DNA from: an uncultured Nitrospinota bacterium
GTDB lineage: Bacteria > Tectomicrobia > Entotheonellia > J063 > CAVPRW01
NCBI GenBank assembly: GCA_963707985.1
Contig: CAVPRW010000035.1
Location: 1 to 64,000, forward strand
Direction of reading: 5' to 3'
DNA length: 64,000 bases
Part shown: positions 41,875-53,043 of the stretch, piece by piece
How the letters are laid out: each line of letters opens with the position of its first letter
How positions within the stretch are numbered: the first letter of the stretch is position 1
Program-made: the position numbers and the translations under genes
The notes under the pieces: model-generated
Database searches by the model: none
What the model was told of the DNA's origin: nothing
What the model saw: only the letters and a program-made list of their open reading frames with translations

Positions 41875-42351
41875 ATGCATCCGAACATTGGCCTGTTGGA
41901 TGAGCAGCGTGAAGCCGTTGTAGCGCTTCTGAACACGTTGCTGGCAGATGAATACCTACTCTACACCAAGACACGCAATTACCATTGGAACGTGGTGGGG
42001 CCGCAGTTCAACGACCTTCACAAGTTTTTTGAGGCGCAGTATAACGCCCTCAACGACATTGTCGATGACGTGGCTGAACGGGCGCGTGCCCTAGGCGGCA
42101 ACGCCTTGGGCACGATGACGGAGTTCCTTAAATCCACCCGTCTCCAAGAGGAGAGCGGTGATTACCCAGAGGCCCGCCTCATGCTCGCGAATCTGCTCGC
42201 CGATCATGAAGCGCTCATCCGCCATCTGCGCATCGACCTCGAAACCTGTGCCGACCAGTATCACGACACTGGCACCAATGATTTCCTGACGGGACTCATG
42301 GAACAGCATGAAAAGATGGCCTGGATGTTACGGGCCTTCTTGGAAGGGTAG
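41875..42351 (+). CDS. dps: DNA starvation/stationary phase protection protein
   Basis: YHWNVVGPQF.DLH.FFE; DDVAERARALG; HEKMAWML. Confidence 0.95.
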   Translation: MHPNIGLLDEQREAVVALLNTLLADEYLLYTKTRNYHWNVVGPQFNDLHKFFEAQYNALNDIVDDVAERARALGGNALGTMTEFLKSTRLQEESGDYPEARLMLANLLADHEALIRHLRIDLETCADQYHDTGTNDFLTGLMEQHEKMAWMLRAFLEG

Positions 42352-42470
42352 TCGGCAGGCAGGCGCTCTCTGGTGCCAGGTATTGACGCTTTACACCGGT
42401 GTTGCGTATGGCTATGCTAGGGCCACTTGACATTGCTGCTATCGAAGGCGAAGTCTAGGAGAGCTCCTGC

Positions 42471-43118
42471 ATGAAACAGTGGTGGTGGCTTGGTCTGGTG
42501 GCTGTGCTGGCACTATACCGTCTAATCCCCAGTGCGGCTGCCCACGCGCAACAGCCGGAGAGTATCGGCCATGTGACCGCCCTCGAAGGCAAGGTCACCG
42601 TGTTGCGCCAGGGGAAATTTGCCCCTGAACCCTTGACGCTCCAAAAGGCGGTTTTTCAAGAGGACATCATTGAAACCGATCGTGCCTCGAAGGTGAGAAT
42701 GACCTTATCCGACGCCACAGTGATCAGTCTCGGCGAGCAAACCCGCTTTGAGTTCAAACAATTTTCCCATGAGGCTTGGCAGCAGACGCGCTCGAGTCGC
42801 CTGGCGATTGCCTGGGGCCTCTTCAGAGCGATTCTCAAGGAGAGGACCTCACCATCGACCGTGGATGTGATCACGCCGACGGCTGTCGCGGCCATCCGGG
42901 GCACAGACCTCATGGGAGAGGTCATCGCCGACTCGACCGCCATCGTGGCCTTGGAGGGGACAGTAGCGGTCTCCAATGTCCGTCCAATGGTTCTCGGTGT
43001 AGCAACCCTGACAGCTGGGATGGGTACCACTGTGAAAGGTGTCGAGCCTCCCAGCACGCCAACCAGGTGGTCAGAGTCGCGTATCGAAGGGCTTCGCAGA
43101 GCCACAGCGCTCCAATGA
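42471..43118 (+). CDS. Exported FecR-domain protein
   Basis: Signal peptide; D.I.T...S; TPTAVAAIRGT; EG.V.V. Confidence 0.82.
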   Translation: MKQWWWLGLVAVLALYRLIPSAAAHAQQPESIGHVTALEGKVTVLRQGKFAPEPLTLQKAVFQEDIIETDRASKVRMTLSDATVISLGEQTRFEFKQFSHEAWQQTRSSRLAIAWGLFRAILKERTSPSTVDVITPTAVAAIRGTDLMGEVIADSTAIVALEGTVAVSNVRPMVLGVATLTAGMGTTVKGVEPPSTPTRWSESRIEGLRRATALQ

Positions 43119-45358
43119 GCGCAGTAAGGCTGACAGCCTTCAGGGTGAGCCTGCTGAGTACGCTCATCGTTGTCATGCTGTATGTGTGGGCCTCGCAGTT
43201 CACCTTGCTACGCAATTTCGAGGCAAAAGCGCTCGATCTACGCTTCCACCTACGTGGCATGCAACAGCCAGAAGCGCCCGTGATTCTGGTCGTCATCGAC
43301 GATCGCAGTATTGCGGAGCTCGGACGCTGGCCATGGAGTCGGAGGCGTTTTGCCGAGATCGTCCAGCGGCTGCGCGCGGCTGGGGCCAAAGTGGTGGCCT
43401 TCGATCTCCTCTTTACCGAAGCCGAGACCGCCATTGAACAGACCCTGCTACGCCGGGTGCGCCAGGCACTCGACGCATTTGACGAACCGCTGCCAGCCCC
43501 CGAACGCGAAGCCTTCGAGCACCTCGTGCGACGGATGGCAGAGAGCAGCGATGCGGATGTCGCGTTCGCGTCGGCCATGCGTGAAGCAGGCAACGTTGTG
43601 CTGCCGTTTGCCATGACCGTGGGTCACACCTCCATGCAACCCCAGCCAGCCCAACTGGCGCCCCCCCTGATCATCACCCAAGCCGCCTTTCGCATCCTGC
43701 AGAATCTCGGTGCTGATCAACCGTCGGTGGGACTTCGCGGCAAAACAATCATGGCGCCGATCGATCCCATAGCAGCCAGCGCCGCAGCGCTCGGCCATGT
43801 CGATGTCGCTTTCGACACCGATGGTACCCCACGCTATGATTATCCAGTGGTTGAGTACCAGGGAGAGTATTATCCCTCGCTCGTGGTGCAGGTCCTTCGC
43901 GTGTATCTAGGGTTAAGGCCTGAGGAGGTGGCGGTCCGGTTTGGAAACGGTATCCAGCTTGGCCCGATAACGATTCCGACGGATGAGTCGATGCGTCTCC
44001 TGGTGAATTACCTGGGTCCACCTGGCACCTTCTCCACCTATGCTTTCGTCGATGTCCTGCAGGGACGCCTGCCGGACACGACGTTTCGCGACGCTATCGT
44101 CCTTATCGGCGGGGCTGCCAGCGGCCTTGCCGATACCTTCGTCACGCCATTTACCGCCACGCTCTCAGGAGTTGAACGTCACGCCACGATTATTGACAGC
44201 ATTCTGCGTCAGCATTTTCTTCACCGGCGTGATACCACAGCACTGCTCGACCTGGCGGCTATCCTGATCATGGGACTTCTGGTTGGCTGGCTGAGCCCGA
44301 AATGTCCCGCGTATTGGGGGAGTGTAGCGGCCCTCGGCTTGGGAGGCATATATGTTGCTGCCAATGTGCTGGCGTTTACGCAGGCAGGCTTATGGATCAA
44401 TCTGCTCTTTCCATTAGGCGTTGTTGCCGTCAGTCAAAGCGCCATGACGCTCTTCAATTACCTGACTGAGGCACGACAGAAGCGTCTGATCCGACAGGCC
44501 TTCCAATATTACCTGCATCCTGCCATCGTCGAGCGTGTTGCCCAGAATCCCCAATTGCTCAGGCTCGGCGGTGAAAGCCGTGAGCTGACCGTCTTGTTCT
44601 CTGATATCCGTCGTTTTAGCACGATCGCCGAAGCCCTGAGCCCTGAAGTCCTGGTGCACCTTCTGAACGAGTATTTCACGATCATGACACGGGTCGTGTT
44701 CCAGCGCAATGGACTGCTGGATAAATATCTGGGTGATGGCCTCATGGCCGTGTACGGAGTGCCACTCCATGATCCAGATCATACCGTGCAGGCGTGCTGC
44801 AGTGCCTTAGAAATGCTTGCAGAGCTCAAAACTTTGCAAGCGCGCTGGGCGGCGCGAGGGCTGCCGTCCCTGGACATCGGGATCGGCATCAACACCGCGA
44901 CCATGGTGGTGGGGAATATGGGCTCCGAGCTGCGGTTCGATTATACGGTGATGGGAGATGGCGTCAATCTGGCTTCACGCCTGGAGAGTGCCAATAAAGA
45001 GTATGGGACCCACATCATCATCAGTGAGTCGACCTGGAAGCACGTGCGAGACCGTATTGCCACCCGAGAACTTGACACCATTCGAGTGCAGGGCAAAGCG
45101 CAATCGACCCGTATCTTTGAAGTCCTCGGGATATCTCCTATGCCACCGGGCCGTGCCGCCATGGTTGAAACATTCGAAGTGGCGCTACGCGCCTATCGCG
45201 CCCAGCATTGGGAAGACGCCATCCATGTCTTTCAGCAGGTATTGGCCGTAGTACCCGACGACCCGCCAAGTCAGCTGTATATCCAGCGCTGCAAGGCGTT
45301 CATGGCAGCATTGCCGCGGCCGGATTGGGATGGGGTGCATGTTATGCATGCGAAGTAA
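43115..45358 (+). CDS. CHASE2-domain adenylate/guanylate cyclase
   Basis: IDDRSI.ELGRWPWSR; FDLLF.E; GVE.HA; three TM; VLFSDIR.FS; DKYLGDG; YTVMGDGVNLASRLE. Confidence 0.92.
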   Translation: MSAVRLTAFRVSLLSTLIVVMLYVWASQFTLLRNFEAKALDLRFHLRGMQQPEAPVILVVIDDRSIAELGRWPWSRRRFAEIVQRLRAAGAKVVAFDLLFTEAETAIEQTLLRRVRQALDAFDEPLPAPEREAFEHLVRRMAESSDADVAFASAMREAGNVVLPFAMTVGHTSMQPQPAQLAPPLIITQAAFRILQNLGADQPSVGLRGKTIMAPIDPIAASAAALGHVDVAFDTDGTPRYDYPVVEYQGEYYPSLVVQVLRVYLGLRPEEVAVRFGNGIQLGPITIPTDESMRLLVNYLGPPGTFSTYAFVDVLQGRLPDTTFRDAIVLIGGAASGLADTFVTPFTATLSGVERHATIIDSILRQHFLHRRDTTALLDLAAILIMGLLVGWLSPKCPAYWGSVAALGLGGIYVAANVLAFTQAGLWINLLFPLGVVAVSQSAMTLFNYLTEARQKRLIRQAFQYYLHPAIVERVAQNPQLLRLGGESRELTVLFSDIRRFSTIAEALSPEVLVHLLNEYFTIMTRVVFQRNGLLDKYLGDGLMAVYGVPLHDPDHTVQACCSALEMLAELKTLQARWAARGLPSLDIGIGINTATMVVGNMGSELRFDYTVMGDGVNLASRLESANKEYGTHIIISESTWKHVRDRIATRELDTIRVQGKAQSTRIFEVLGISPMPPGRAAMVETFEVALRAYRAQHWEDAIHVFQQVLAVVPDDPPSQLYIQRCKAFMAALPRPDWDGVHVMHAK

Positions 45359-45829
45359 ACAGGAGAAATGGTCGGGCCGGGGGAGCGGAAGAAGGTTGGC
45401 AGCCTGGCCGAGGTCGCGGGAAAGTCAATACGGACAGGAGCTGGGTAGTAGCGTCGCTCTAGCGCCATTTGCAAACTCATGACGATCGCGGTTGGCGTTA
45501 TCGCACATTGGGGACGCGAGTCAGGAAAGAGTCGAAGGAAATGATGAGTAAGGAAGCTTTTGAAGTCAAAAATTTCTGGGGGATAGAGTCAGACGTGGGT
45601 CGATCAGGCGTCGGAAACACACATTGGCGCCGGGTTAGGAATGTCTATTACAACGGTCCGCGTGCCCTCGTCGCATTAGAGTTTAGGCTATGGCAACAGG
45701 CGGGGCGAGGGGTAAGAGCCCAGTAGGTGCCTATACTCCTCCTAACGGATGACTGGTGATCAGCCTCTAGCTTGCCATCTCGGGGGGAGATGAAGTAGTA
45801 ACGTCTCCCCCCGCTGTAATGCTTTCGGC

Positions 45830-48188
45830 TCACGCCATGCGGATTGTGCTGAGGCGGTCGGCCAGCTGCGGAATCGCCGCCGCCAACACGTCCTCGATGC
45901 GCTCGGCCAGCACAAACGTCATTTCGGCGCGGACATGATCCGGCAGCTCGCGCAGGTCTTTTTCGTTCTCCTTCGGCAGGATGACTCGCTGTATACCCGC
46001 TCGTCGCGCCGCTAGGACCTTCTCTTTGACGCCGCCAATGGGAAACACCAGCCCCGTGAGGGTGATTTCCCCCGTCATCGCCGTGTCATTGCGCGCCGGA
46101 CAATCCGTGTAAACGTGATGCCAACGCCGTCGCCATGGTAATCCCCGCCGACGGCCCATCCTTAGGGATGGCTCCCGCCGGTACGTGGATGTGGACTCCC
46201 GCACGCCGAAACTGCGCAGGGTCGATGCCGAGCTCGTCCGCATGCGACCAGATATAGCTCCGTGCCGCCTTGGCCGACTCTTGCATGACGTCGCCGAGCT
46301 GTCCGGTCAGCGTCAACGTGCGCCCCTCCGGTAACAGCGTGGCTTCGATATACAGCACTTCGCCGCCGGCTTCGGTCCAGGCCAACCCTGTGGCCACACC
46401 GGGAGGCACCTCCCGTCGGGCTTGTTCCTGGAAAAATAGCTCAGGGCCGAGCATATCCGACAAGTCCGCGGCGTGAATGATCACGGCTTCGGAACGGCCT
46501 TCGGCAATCTGCAGGGCCGTTTTACGCGCCAAGCGGCCAATGGTTCGCTCCAGTTGGCGGACGCCCGCCTCCCTGGTGTAGCGCGAAATGATGCGCTGCA
46601 GCGTCTCATCCAGGATCTGGCACTGTTCGGCCGTGACACCCGTATCTTGCAACTGGCGTGGGAACAGGTAGCGCTTGGCGATTTCGACCTTCTCCTCCTC
46701 GCTGTAGCCGGCCAACCGCAAAATTTCCATGCGGTCGCGCAGCGGCTGCGGAATGGTGTCGAGGCTATTCGCGGTCGTAATAAACAAGACCTTGGACAGA
46801 TCGAAGGCGATATCCAGGTAATTGTCCCGGAAGCTGCGATTCTGCTCGGGGTCGAGGATTTCCAGCAGCGCTGCCGCTGGATCACCGCGGAAGTCGCGCC
46901 CTAACTTATCCACCTCGTCGAGCATCATGACAGGGTTGTTCACCCCGGCGCGCCGGATGGCTTGAATAATGCGCCCGGGCATCGCCCCGATGTACGTGCG
47001 TCGATGCCCGCGCAACTCGGCCTCATCATGCATGCCACCCAGGCTCATGCGCTCGAAGGTACGTCCCAAGGCACGCGCAATCGACTGCCCCAGGGATGTT
47101 TTGCCCACCCCCGGAGGGCCGACGAAGCACAGGATGGGTGCTTTGGCCTCCGGATTCAGCTTGAGCACCCCCAGCTGTTCGAGGATGCGTTCTTTGACCT
47201 CTTTCAAATCGTAGTGGTCCTCGTCGAGGATCTGCCGCGCCCGCGCCAGGTCGAAGACCGACTCAGTGCTCTTGCGCCACGGCAGTTCCAGCACCAATTC
47301 GAGGTAGGAACGCACGATATGATGCTCGGGGGATGCCGTTGGCAGGCGTTCGAGGCGCTGCAGCTCGCGCTCGGCTTCTTTCCGCACGTCCTCCGGCAGA
47401 TCCTCCTTCTCCATCCGCTCGCGCAACAAGCCGATCTCCGCCTGCTCAGGATTCTGCTCGCCAAGCTCCTGCTGGATCGCGCGCAGCTGCTGGCGCAGGA
47501 AATACTCGCGCTGCTCGCGGCTCATCTCGTGCTGTGCCTGTCCGGCGATCTTCTGCCGGAGCTCAAGGACCTGCACTTCATAGGTCAGGTAGCCGTGCAT
47601 CAATCGCAGCGCGTCCGCCCTCGTTTGGGCCTCTAGTATCGACTGCTCTTTGACGAGGTCGAGGTTGAGCATCGACCCCAACAAGTAGACGAGCTGCAAG
47701 GGCTCTTCGGTATTGGTCAGCATCTGGCCCAGTGGTGCGGCTGCCTGTGGCTGCAGTAATGCCAGGGCTTTGGCGGCCAGCTCGAGGATGGCGCGATGCA
47801 GCGCCTCGACCTCGGCCCCGCCGTCGACCGGCGCCGGAAATGGTCGCACGCGTGCGGTGAGATACGGGGTGGTTTGTTCGACTTTGAGCACGACGACACG
47901 TTCCACCCCCTGCACCACCAGTTCCAGCATGCCATCCCGCGGGCGCGTCGATTTCTTGATAATCGCCCTGGTGCCGATGGTATAGAGGTCGCTCTGAGAC
48001 GGGGTCTCGACGCTCGCGTCATGCTGCGCCACGATGATGAGCTGCTTCTCTTCGCTCGCTAAAGCCGCTTCGACGGCCGCCAGCGACGCTGGTCGACCGA
48101 TCGACAGCGGCATCTGCAAATGGGGGAACAACACGGTGTTCTTAATCGGCAATGCCGGCAGGATGTGAATCGTTTCTTGTTCGCTCAT
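45830..48188 (-). CDS. lon: Endopeptidase La (Lon); frameshift near 46115
   Basis: [30 protein letters not shown] in one frame and AMTGEITL.G...PIGGVKEK in the next. Confidence 0.93.
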
Positions 48189-48345
48189 TTTGTTCTTCCC
48201 TTCCGTCGTGACCTGCACGTGAAGCATCTCTTCCAATCCATGCAGCGCGACGCTGGTCCTTCCTTTTCTCGTGACAAACGCTGCGGAGGGGAGGCCCCCT
48301 TGCGAGTGGGGTTCCCTCCACAACGCTGTCCGTTTGCAGTCCGTC

Positions 48346-50977
48346 TTACCCTGCTGGTACAGCTTCTTCGACGGGAGAGAACTGCAAGGCGCTGAGCTGC
48401 GCATCGTAATCGACCAGGACCGTTTGCCCGTCGCGCACATCGCCTTTGAGGATGAGCCGCGCCAGCTGCGTTTCCACTTCCTTCTGGATGGCACGCTTCA
48501 GCGGCCGCGCCCCATAGGTGGGGTTGTAGCCGGTGCGCACCAAGTGGGTACGGGCGGCATCGGTCAACTCGATCTGGATATGACGCTCGGCCAGCCGCGC
48601 CCGTAAGCTGCGTTAACTGGATGTCGACGATCTCCTTCAGGTGCTCCTCGGACAAGGCATGGAACACGATGATCTCATCGACACGGTTGAGGAATTCGGG
48701 CCGGAAGTGGCGCCGCATCTCTTCGAGCACCGCCTGCTTCATCTGATCGTATTCCCGGCCTTCGAAGGCCCCACGATACTCCAGGATGCGGTGGCTGCCG
48801 ATGTTCGACGTCATGATGACGATGGTGTTCTTGAAATCGACCGTGCGCCCATGGCCGTCGGTCAGACGACCATCGTCCAGAATCTGGAGCATGACGTTGA
48901 ACACGTCATGGTGCGCTTTCTCGATCTCATCGAAGAGGATCACGGAGTATGGACGCCGCCGCACCGCCTCGGTGAGCTGCCCGCCTTCATCATACCCCAC
49001 GTAGCCCGGCGGCGCACCGATCAAGCGTGCCACCGTATGGCGTTCCTGATATTCCGACATATCGATGCGGATCATCGCCCGCTCGTCGTCGAACAGGAAC
49101 TCTGCCAGAGCACGCGCCAGCTCGGTCTTGCCCACACCGGTCGGCCCCAGGAAGATAAAGCTGCCGATGGGACGATTCGGGTCCTTCAATCCCGACCGTG
49201 CCCGTAACACAGCCTCCGCCACCGCGGTCACCGCTTCGTCCTGCCCCACGACGCGCTCGTGCAGCTCTTCGTCGAGGTGCAGCAGCTTCTGCATCTCGCC
49301 CTCGAGCAGCTTGGAGACCGGCACGCCGGTCCAGCGGCTGACCACCTCGGCAATGTCTTCCTCGTCGACTTCTTCTTTGATCAGTCGGCTTGGACCCTGC
49401 TTCGACGTCAGTTGCTCCTCGTCAGCCTTTAATTGGCGCTCCAGTCCTGCCAGCCGACCATAACGCAGTTCAGCAGCGCGATTGAGGTCGTACTGACGCT
49501 CCGCCTGCTCGATCTCGATTTTGGTCTGCTCGATCTGCTCACGAATACCACGTAGCCGCTGGACCGCGTCTTTCTCTGCCTGCCATTGGGCCTTGAGCTC
49601 ATCGGCCTGCGCCTTCAAATCGGCCAACTCGTGTTCTAACTTGCTGAGGCGCTCCTGCGAGGCTGCATCGGTTTCCTTCTTGAGGGCCTCACGCTCGATC
49701 TCGAGCTGCATGACGCGGCGTAGGATTTCGTCAAGCTCCGACGGTAACGAATCGATCTCGGTGCGGAGCTTGGCCGCTGCCTCATCCACTAGGTCGATGG
49801 CTTTATCCGGCAGAAAGCGGTCGGAGATGTACCGATTCGACAATACCGCCGCCGCCACCAGGGCTGCATCTTTAATACGGACCCCATGGTGTACTTCGTA
49901 ACGCTCTTTCAAACCGCGCAGGATCGAGATCGTATCCTCGACCGAGGGCTGATCCACCAGCACTGGCTGGAAGCGGCGCTCGAGGGCTGCGTCTTTTTCG
50001 ATATGCTTGCGGTATTCATCCAGCGTCGTGGCACCGATGCAGTGCAGCTCGCCGCGCGCCAGCATCGGCTTGAGGAGGTTGCCGGCGTCCATGGCGCCTT
50101 CGGCCTTGCCGGCGCCAACGACGGTGTGCAATTCGTCGATGAACAGGACGATCTCGCCTTCCGACTCCTGCACTTCTTTGAGGACCGCCTTCAGACGTTC
50201 TTCAAATTCGCCGCGATACTTGGCGCCAGCGATCAGCGCGCCCATGTCAAGGGCAACGATGCGCTTGTTCTTCAGCCCCTCGGGCACATCCCCACGCACG
50301 ATGCGTTGGGCCAGTCCTTCGACGATGGCCGTTTTACCCACGCCCGGTTCGCCGATCAATACCGGGTTGTTCTTGGTCCGGCGTGACAGGACCTGAATGA
50401 CCCGACGAATTTCCTCGTCGCGGCCGATGACCGGATCGAGCTTCCCTTGCCCTGCCAGTTGTGTTAAGTCTCGACCGTAACGCTCCAGGGCTTCATAGGT
50501 GGCTTCGGGGTTCTGCGAGGTGACGCGCTGGCTGCCGCGGATCTCCTGCAGCGCCTGCATCAGCCGTTCGCGACTGATACCCAGCTCTTTGAACAGTCGG
50601 CCCGTGGCGCCACCATCCTCGGTCATCGCCAGTAACAGATGCTCAACCGAGATATATTGGTCCTTCAGCCGTTTGGCTTCGTCCTCTGCCTGGGTGAGCA
50701 GGCGGTTGAGCCGGCCGGTGATGTAGACTTGATCCGCTGCCCCTGATGGACCTGAGACCTTGGGCAAACGATCGAGGTCCTGTTCGACACGTCGCTTCAG
50801 CGCTTCGACAGGAAGGCTGGCGCGTGTCAGAATCGAGGCAGCCAGACCTCGCTCTTGCTCTAGCAGGGCCGAGAGAAGGTGCTCGACATCGACCTGTTGG
50901 TGGCTGGAGCGTATGGCTTTGCTCTGGGCCGCGCTGAGCGCTTCCTGAGCCTTTTCCGTAAACCGATTCATATCCAT
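48346..50977 (-). CDS. clpB: Chaperone ClpB; frameshift near 48605
   Basis: [18 protein letters not shown]-domain coiled coil; the C-terminal YGARPLKR lies in frame 48346-48567. Confidence 0.95.
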
Positions 50978-51399
50978 AAAATTCTCCTTCTATCAGCGCA
51001 TCCAGGCCATGTCCCCGCCCGATCCGTGGTAGACACGCCCCTTGCCACACCAGGCCTGGCGATTCCTTCGCTATGGAGGGGTCGCCGTTCGACTCTTATC
51101 AATGTATACAGGAAATTACAATAATATCAATTTAATAAAGGACGATGAGTCATACATCTCCGCCCGCTAACGTCGGTATCACCCGAGGTGATGCGCCGCC
51201 TTGACGGGGTCGATCAAGAGGCAGGCAGCGAACGTCTCGGCGAGCCCCGGCGCCACGTGTTTACCATCGCCCATAGCGAAGGGTCGTCAGCCGTTGGGCA
51301 CACCAGCAGGCTTGATCGCAGCCCTGCGCCCAAAGGGGCGCAGAGCCAATAGTCAGCGTGGGGAACTGTTCACCCGCGAGCGCAAAGGCCATCGTGGGC

Positions 51400-51846
51400 T
51401 TACGCACTCACGGCAATGCGCTTTGGTTGCGCCGCCTGCACTTTCGGAAGGCGCAGCTCAAGAACGCCATCCTTATAGGCAGCTTTGACCTTCTCCTGGT
51501 CCACAGTCATAGGCAGCATGAAGGCGCGCTGGAACGCACCGTAGGATCGTTCCATACGGTGGTAATTTCCTTCCTTCACCTCATCTTCGTGCTTGCGCTC
51601 GCCCTTGATCACCAGGGTATTTTCCTTCAGCTCGATGCTGATGTCATCCTTCGAGAAGCCTGGAAGCTCGGCCTTCATGACCAGGGCCTCATCGGTCTCA
51701 TAAATGTCCACCGGAGGCGTCCAGGCACCTGAGATCCAGGCCGACTCGTCAGTGGTTCCTCGACCAAAGGCTTCGTTCAAGACGCGGCTCATCTGGTCGC
51801 GAACCGACATCATGTCTCGATTGGGGTTCCAACGTGCTAATGCCAT
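51400..51846 (-). CDS. Hsp20/alpha-crystallin small heat-shock protein
   Basis: PPVDIYET; AELPG; I.GERK; ERSYG.F.R.F.LP; A.YKDGVL. Confidence 0.93.
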   Translation of the reverse strand: MALARWNPNRDMMSVRDQMSRVLNEAFGRGTTDESAWISGAWTPPVDIYETDEALVMKAELPGFSKDDISIELKENTLVIKGERKHEDEVKEGNYHRMERSYGAFQRAFMLPMTVDQEKVKAAYKDGVLELRLPKVQAAQPKRIAVSA

Positions 51847-51899
51847 GATTGTTCTCCTCCTGAGTAGTTGAAGGTTGATTCATCGTTGTGATGGACATA

Positions 51900-51929
51900 T
51901 ATATAATTCATGAGTTCTATAATGTCAAG
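51900..51929 (-). promoter_or_regulatory. hsp20 promoter with a HAIR-like operator
   Basis: Minus-strand TTGACA (51923-51928) with an AT-rich -10; CATGAGT-N7-TGTCAAG (51909-51929) matches CTTGAGT-N7-ACTCAAG at 11/14. Confidence 0.5.
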
Positions 51930-52197
51930 TTTATTTACTTAAAAAATACACTATCTCATAAGATATTAAAACTCATATATTTTTCGTCGATGAGACTCGG
52001 GTTCCTGCCGCTAGTCCACGGGCGACAGGTAAGTGGGAGCGCGATGGCGAGCCGATGGAGAGAGTTACTCTCGGAAGGTGTGCGAGGACAATTGCCCGAT
52101 GACAGGCTTTAAACGGAGAAAAGCGCAGAGGGCCCCACCAAACCCATCCTTCAAAACAGGCTTCGCAGGGCGCTCGGTGAGCAGTTCAACAGCGGGT

Positions 52198-52968
52198 TCA
52201 TGCCTCTTGCAAGACATCGACCAATGCGGCGTGAATCTGGCCGTTAGTCGCGGCGATGTTCCCCTCATAGACGCTAGCTTGCCCGGCGAAATCGGTCACT
52301 CGCCCGCCTGCCTCCTCAACGATAATCGCGCCAGGCGCCGCATCCCACACCGGCAGCGTCGCCTGCCAGAAGCCGTCGAGGCGGCCGGCAGCGACATTGC
52401 ACAGGTCGAGTGAGGCTGAACCCAGCCGGCGGATGGCGCGTGTCCTGGGCATAAGCGCCAGGAAATGCTCGATATTGGTGTCGGGTGCACGGCTCAGGTC
52501 GCTGGGGAAACCCGTGGTGAGCAAGGCGTCGTCGAGCAGCGCGGTGGCAGAGACCTGGAGTCGTCGGCCGTTCATGAATGCCCCATGGCCGCGCTCAGCC
52601 CAGTATAGTTCGTCTACATAGGGAGCATAGACCATCCCAGCCTGTAACCGTGATCCATCCCGTAGAGCCAGTGCGACACAGAAGTACGGCAGACCGTGCA
52701 CATAATTGGTCGTCCCATCGATAGGGTCGAGGATCCACTCAGGCTGCCCGGACTCTCCCGGCAGGGCTCCGACTTCCTCCGACAAAATGGCATGATCCGG
52801 ATACTGAGCACGGATGGCCCGAATCAGATGGTCCTCCGAGCGGCGATCCATCTCGGTAACCAGGTTTGCACGGCCCTTGAATTCGACAGACTGCGCGTTG
52901 CCGAGACGTTGTAGGAGAAATGTGCCTACTTCCCGCAGCACCGGGATCAAAAAGTCCAGGACAGCCAT
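52198..52968 (-). CDS. suhB: Inositol monophosphatase family protein
   Basis: LVTEMD; SEE; WILDPIDGTTNY; RRLGSASLDL..VA.GR.DG; WD.A.G..IV.EAGG. Confidence 0.9.
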   Translation of the reverse strand: MAVLDFLIPVLREVGTFLLQRLGNAQSVEFKGRANLVTEMDRRSEDHLIRAIRAQYPDHAILSEEVGALPGESGQPEWILDPIDGTTNYVHGLPYFCVALALRDGSRLQAGMVYAPYVDELYWAERGHGAFMNGRRLQVSATALLDDALLTTGFPSDLSRAPDTNIEHFLALMPRTRAIRRLGSASLDLCNVAAGRLDGFWQATLPVWDAAPGAIIVEEAGGRVTDFAGQASVYEGNIAATNGQIHAALVDVLQEA

Positions 52969-53043
52969 TTCTGCTCCTTTATTGTCACGAGTCAACATCC
53001 CACTTTGCCTTCCCGCGGCGCTACATCCGGCCCACCGGTGCAC

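Noticed and set aside
48285..48320. GC-rich hairpin between clpB and lon as a terminator
   Set aside because: Imperfect stem with no U-tract on the coding strand; function cannot be supported.
46086..48610. Programmed frameshifting in lon or clpB
   Set aside because: No slippery heptamer at either site; indels are widespread in the window.
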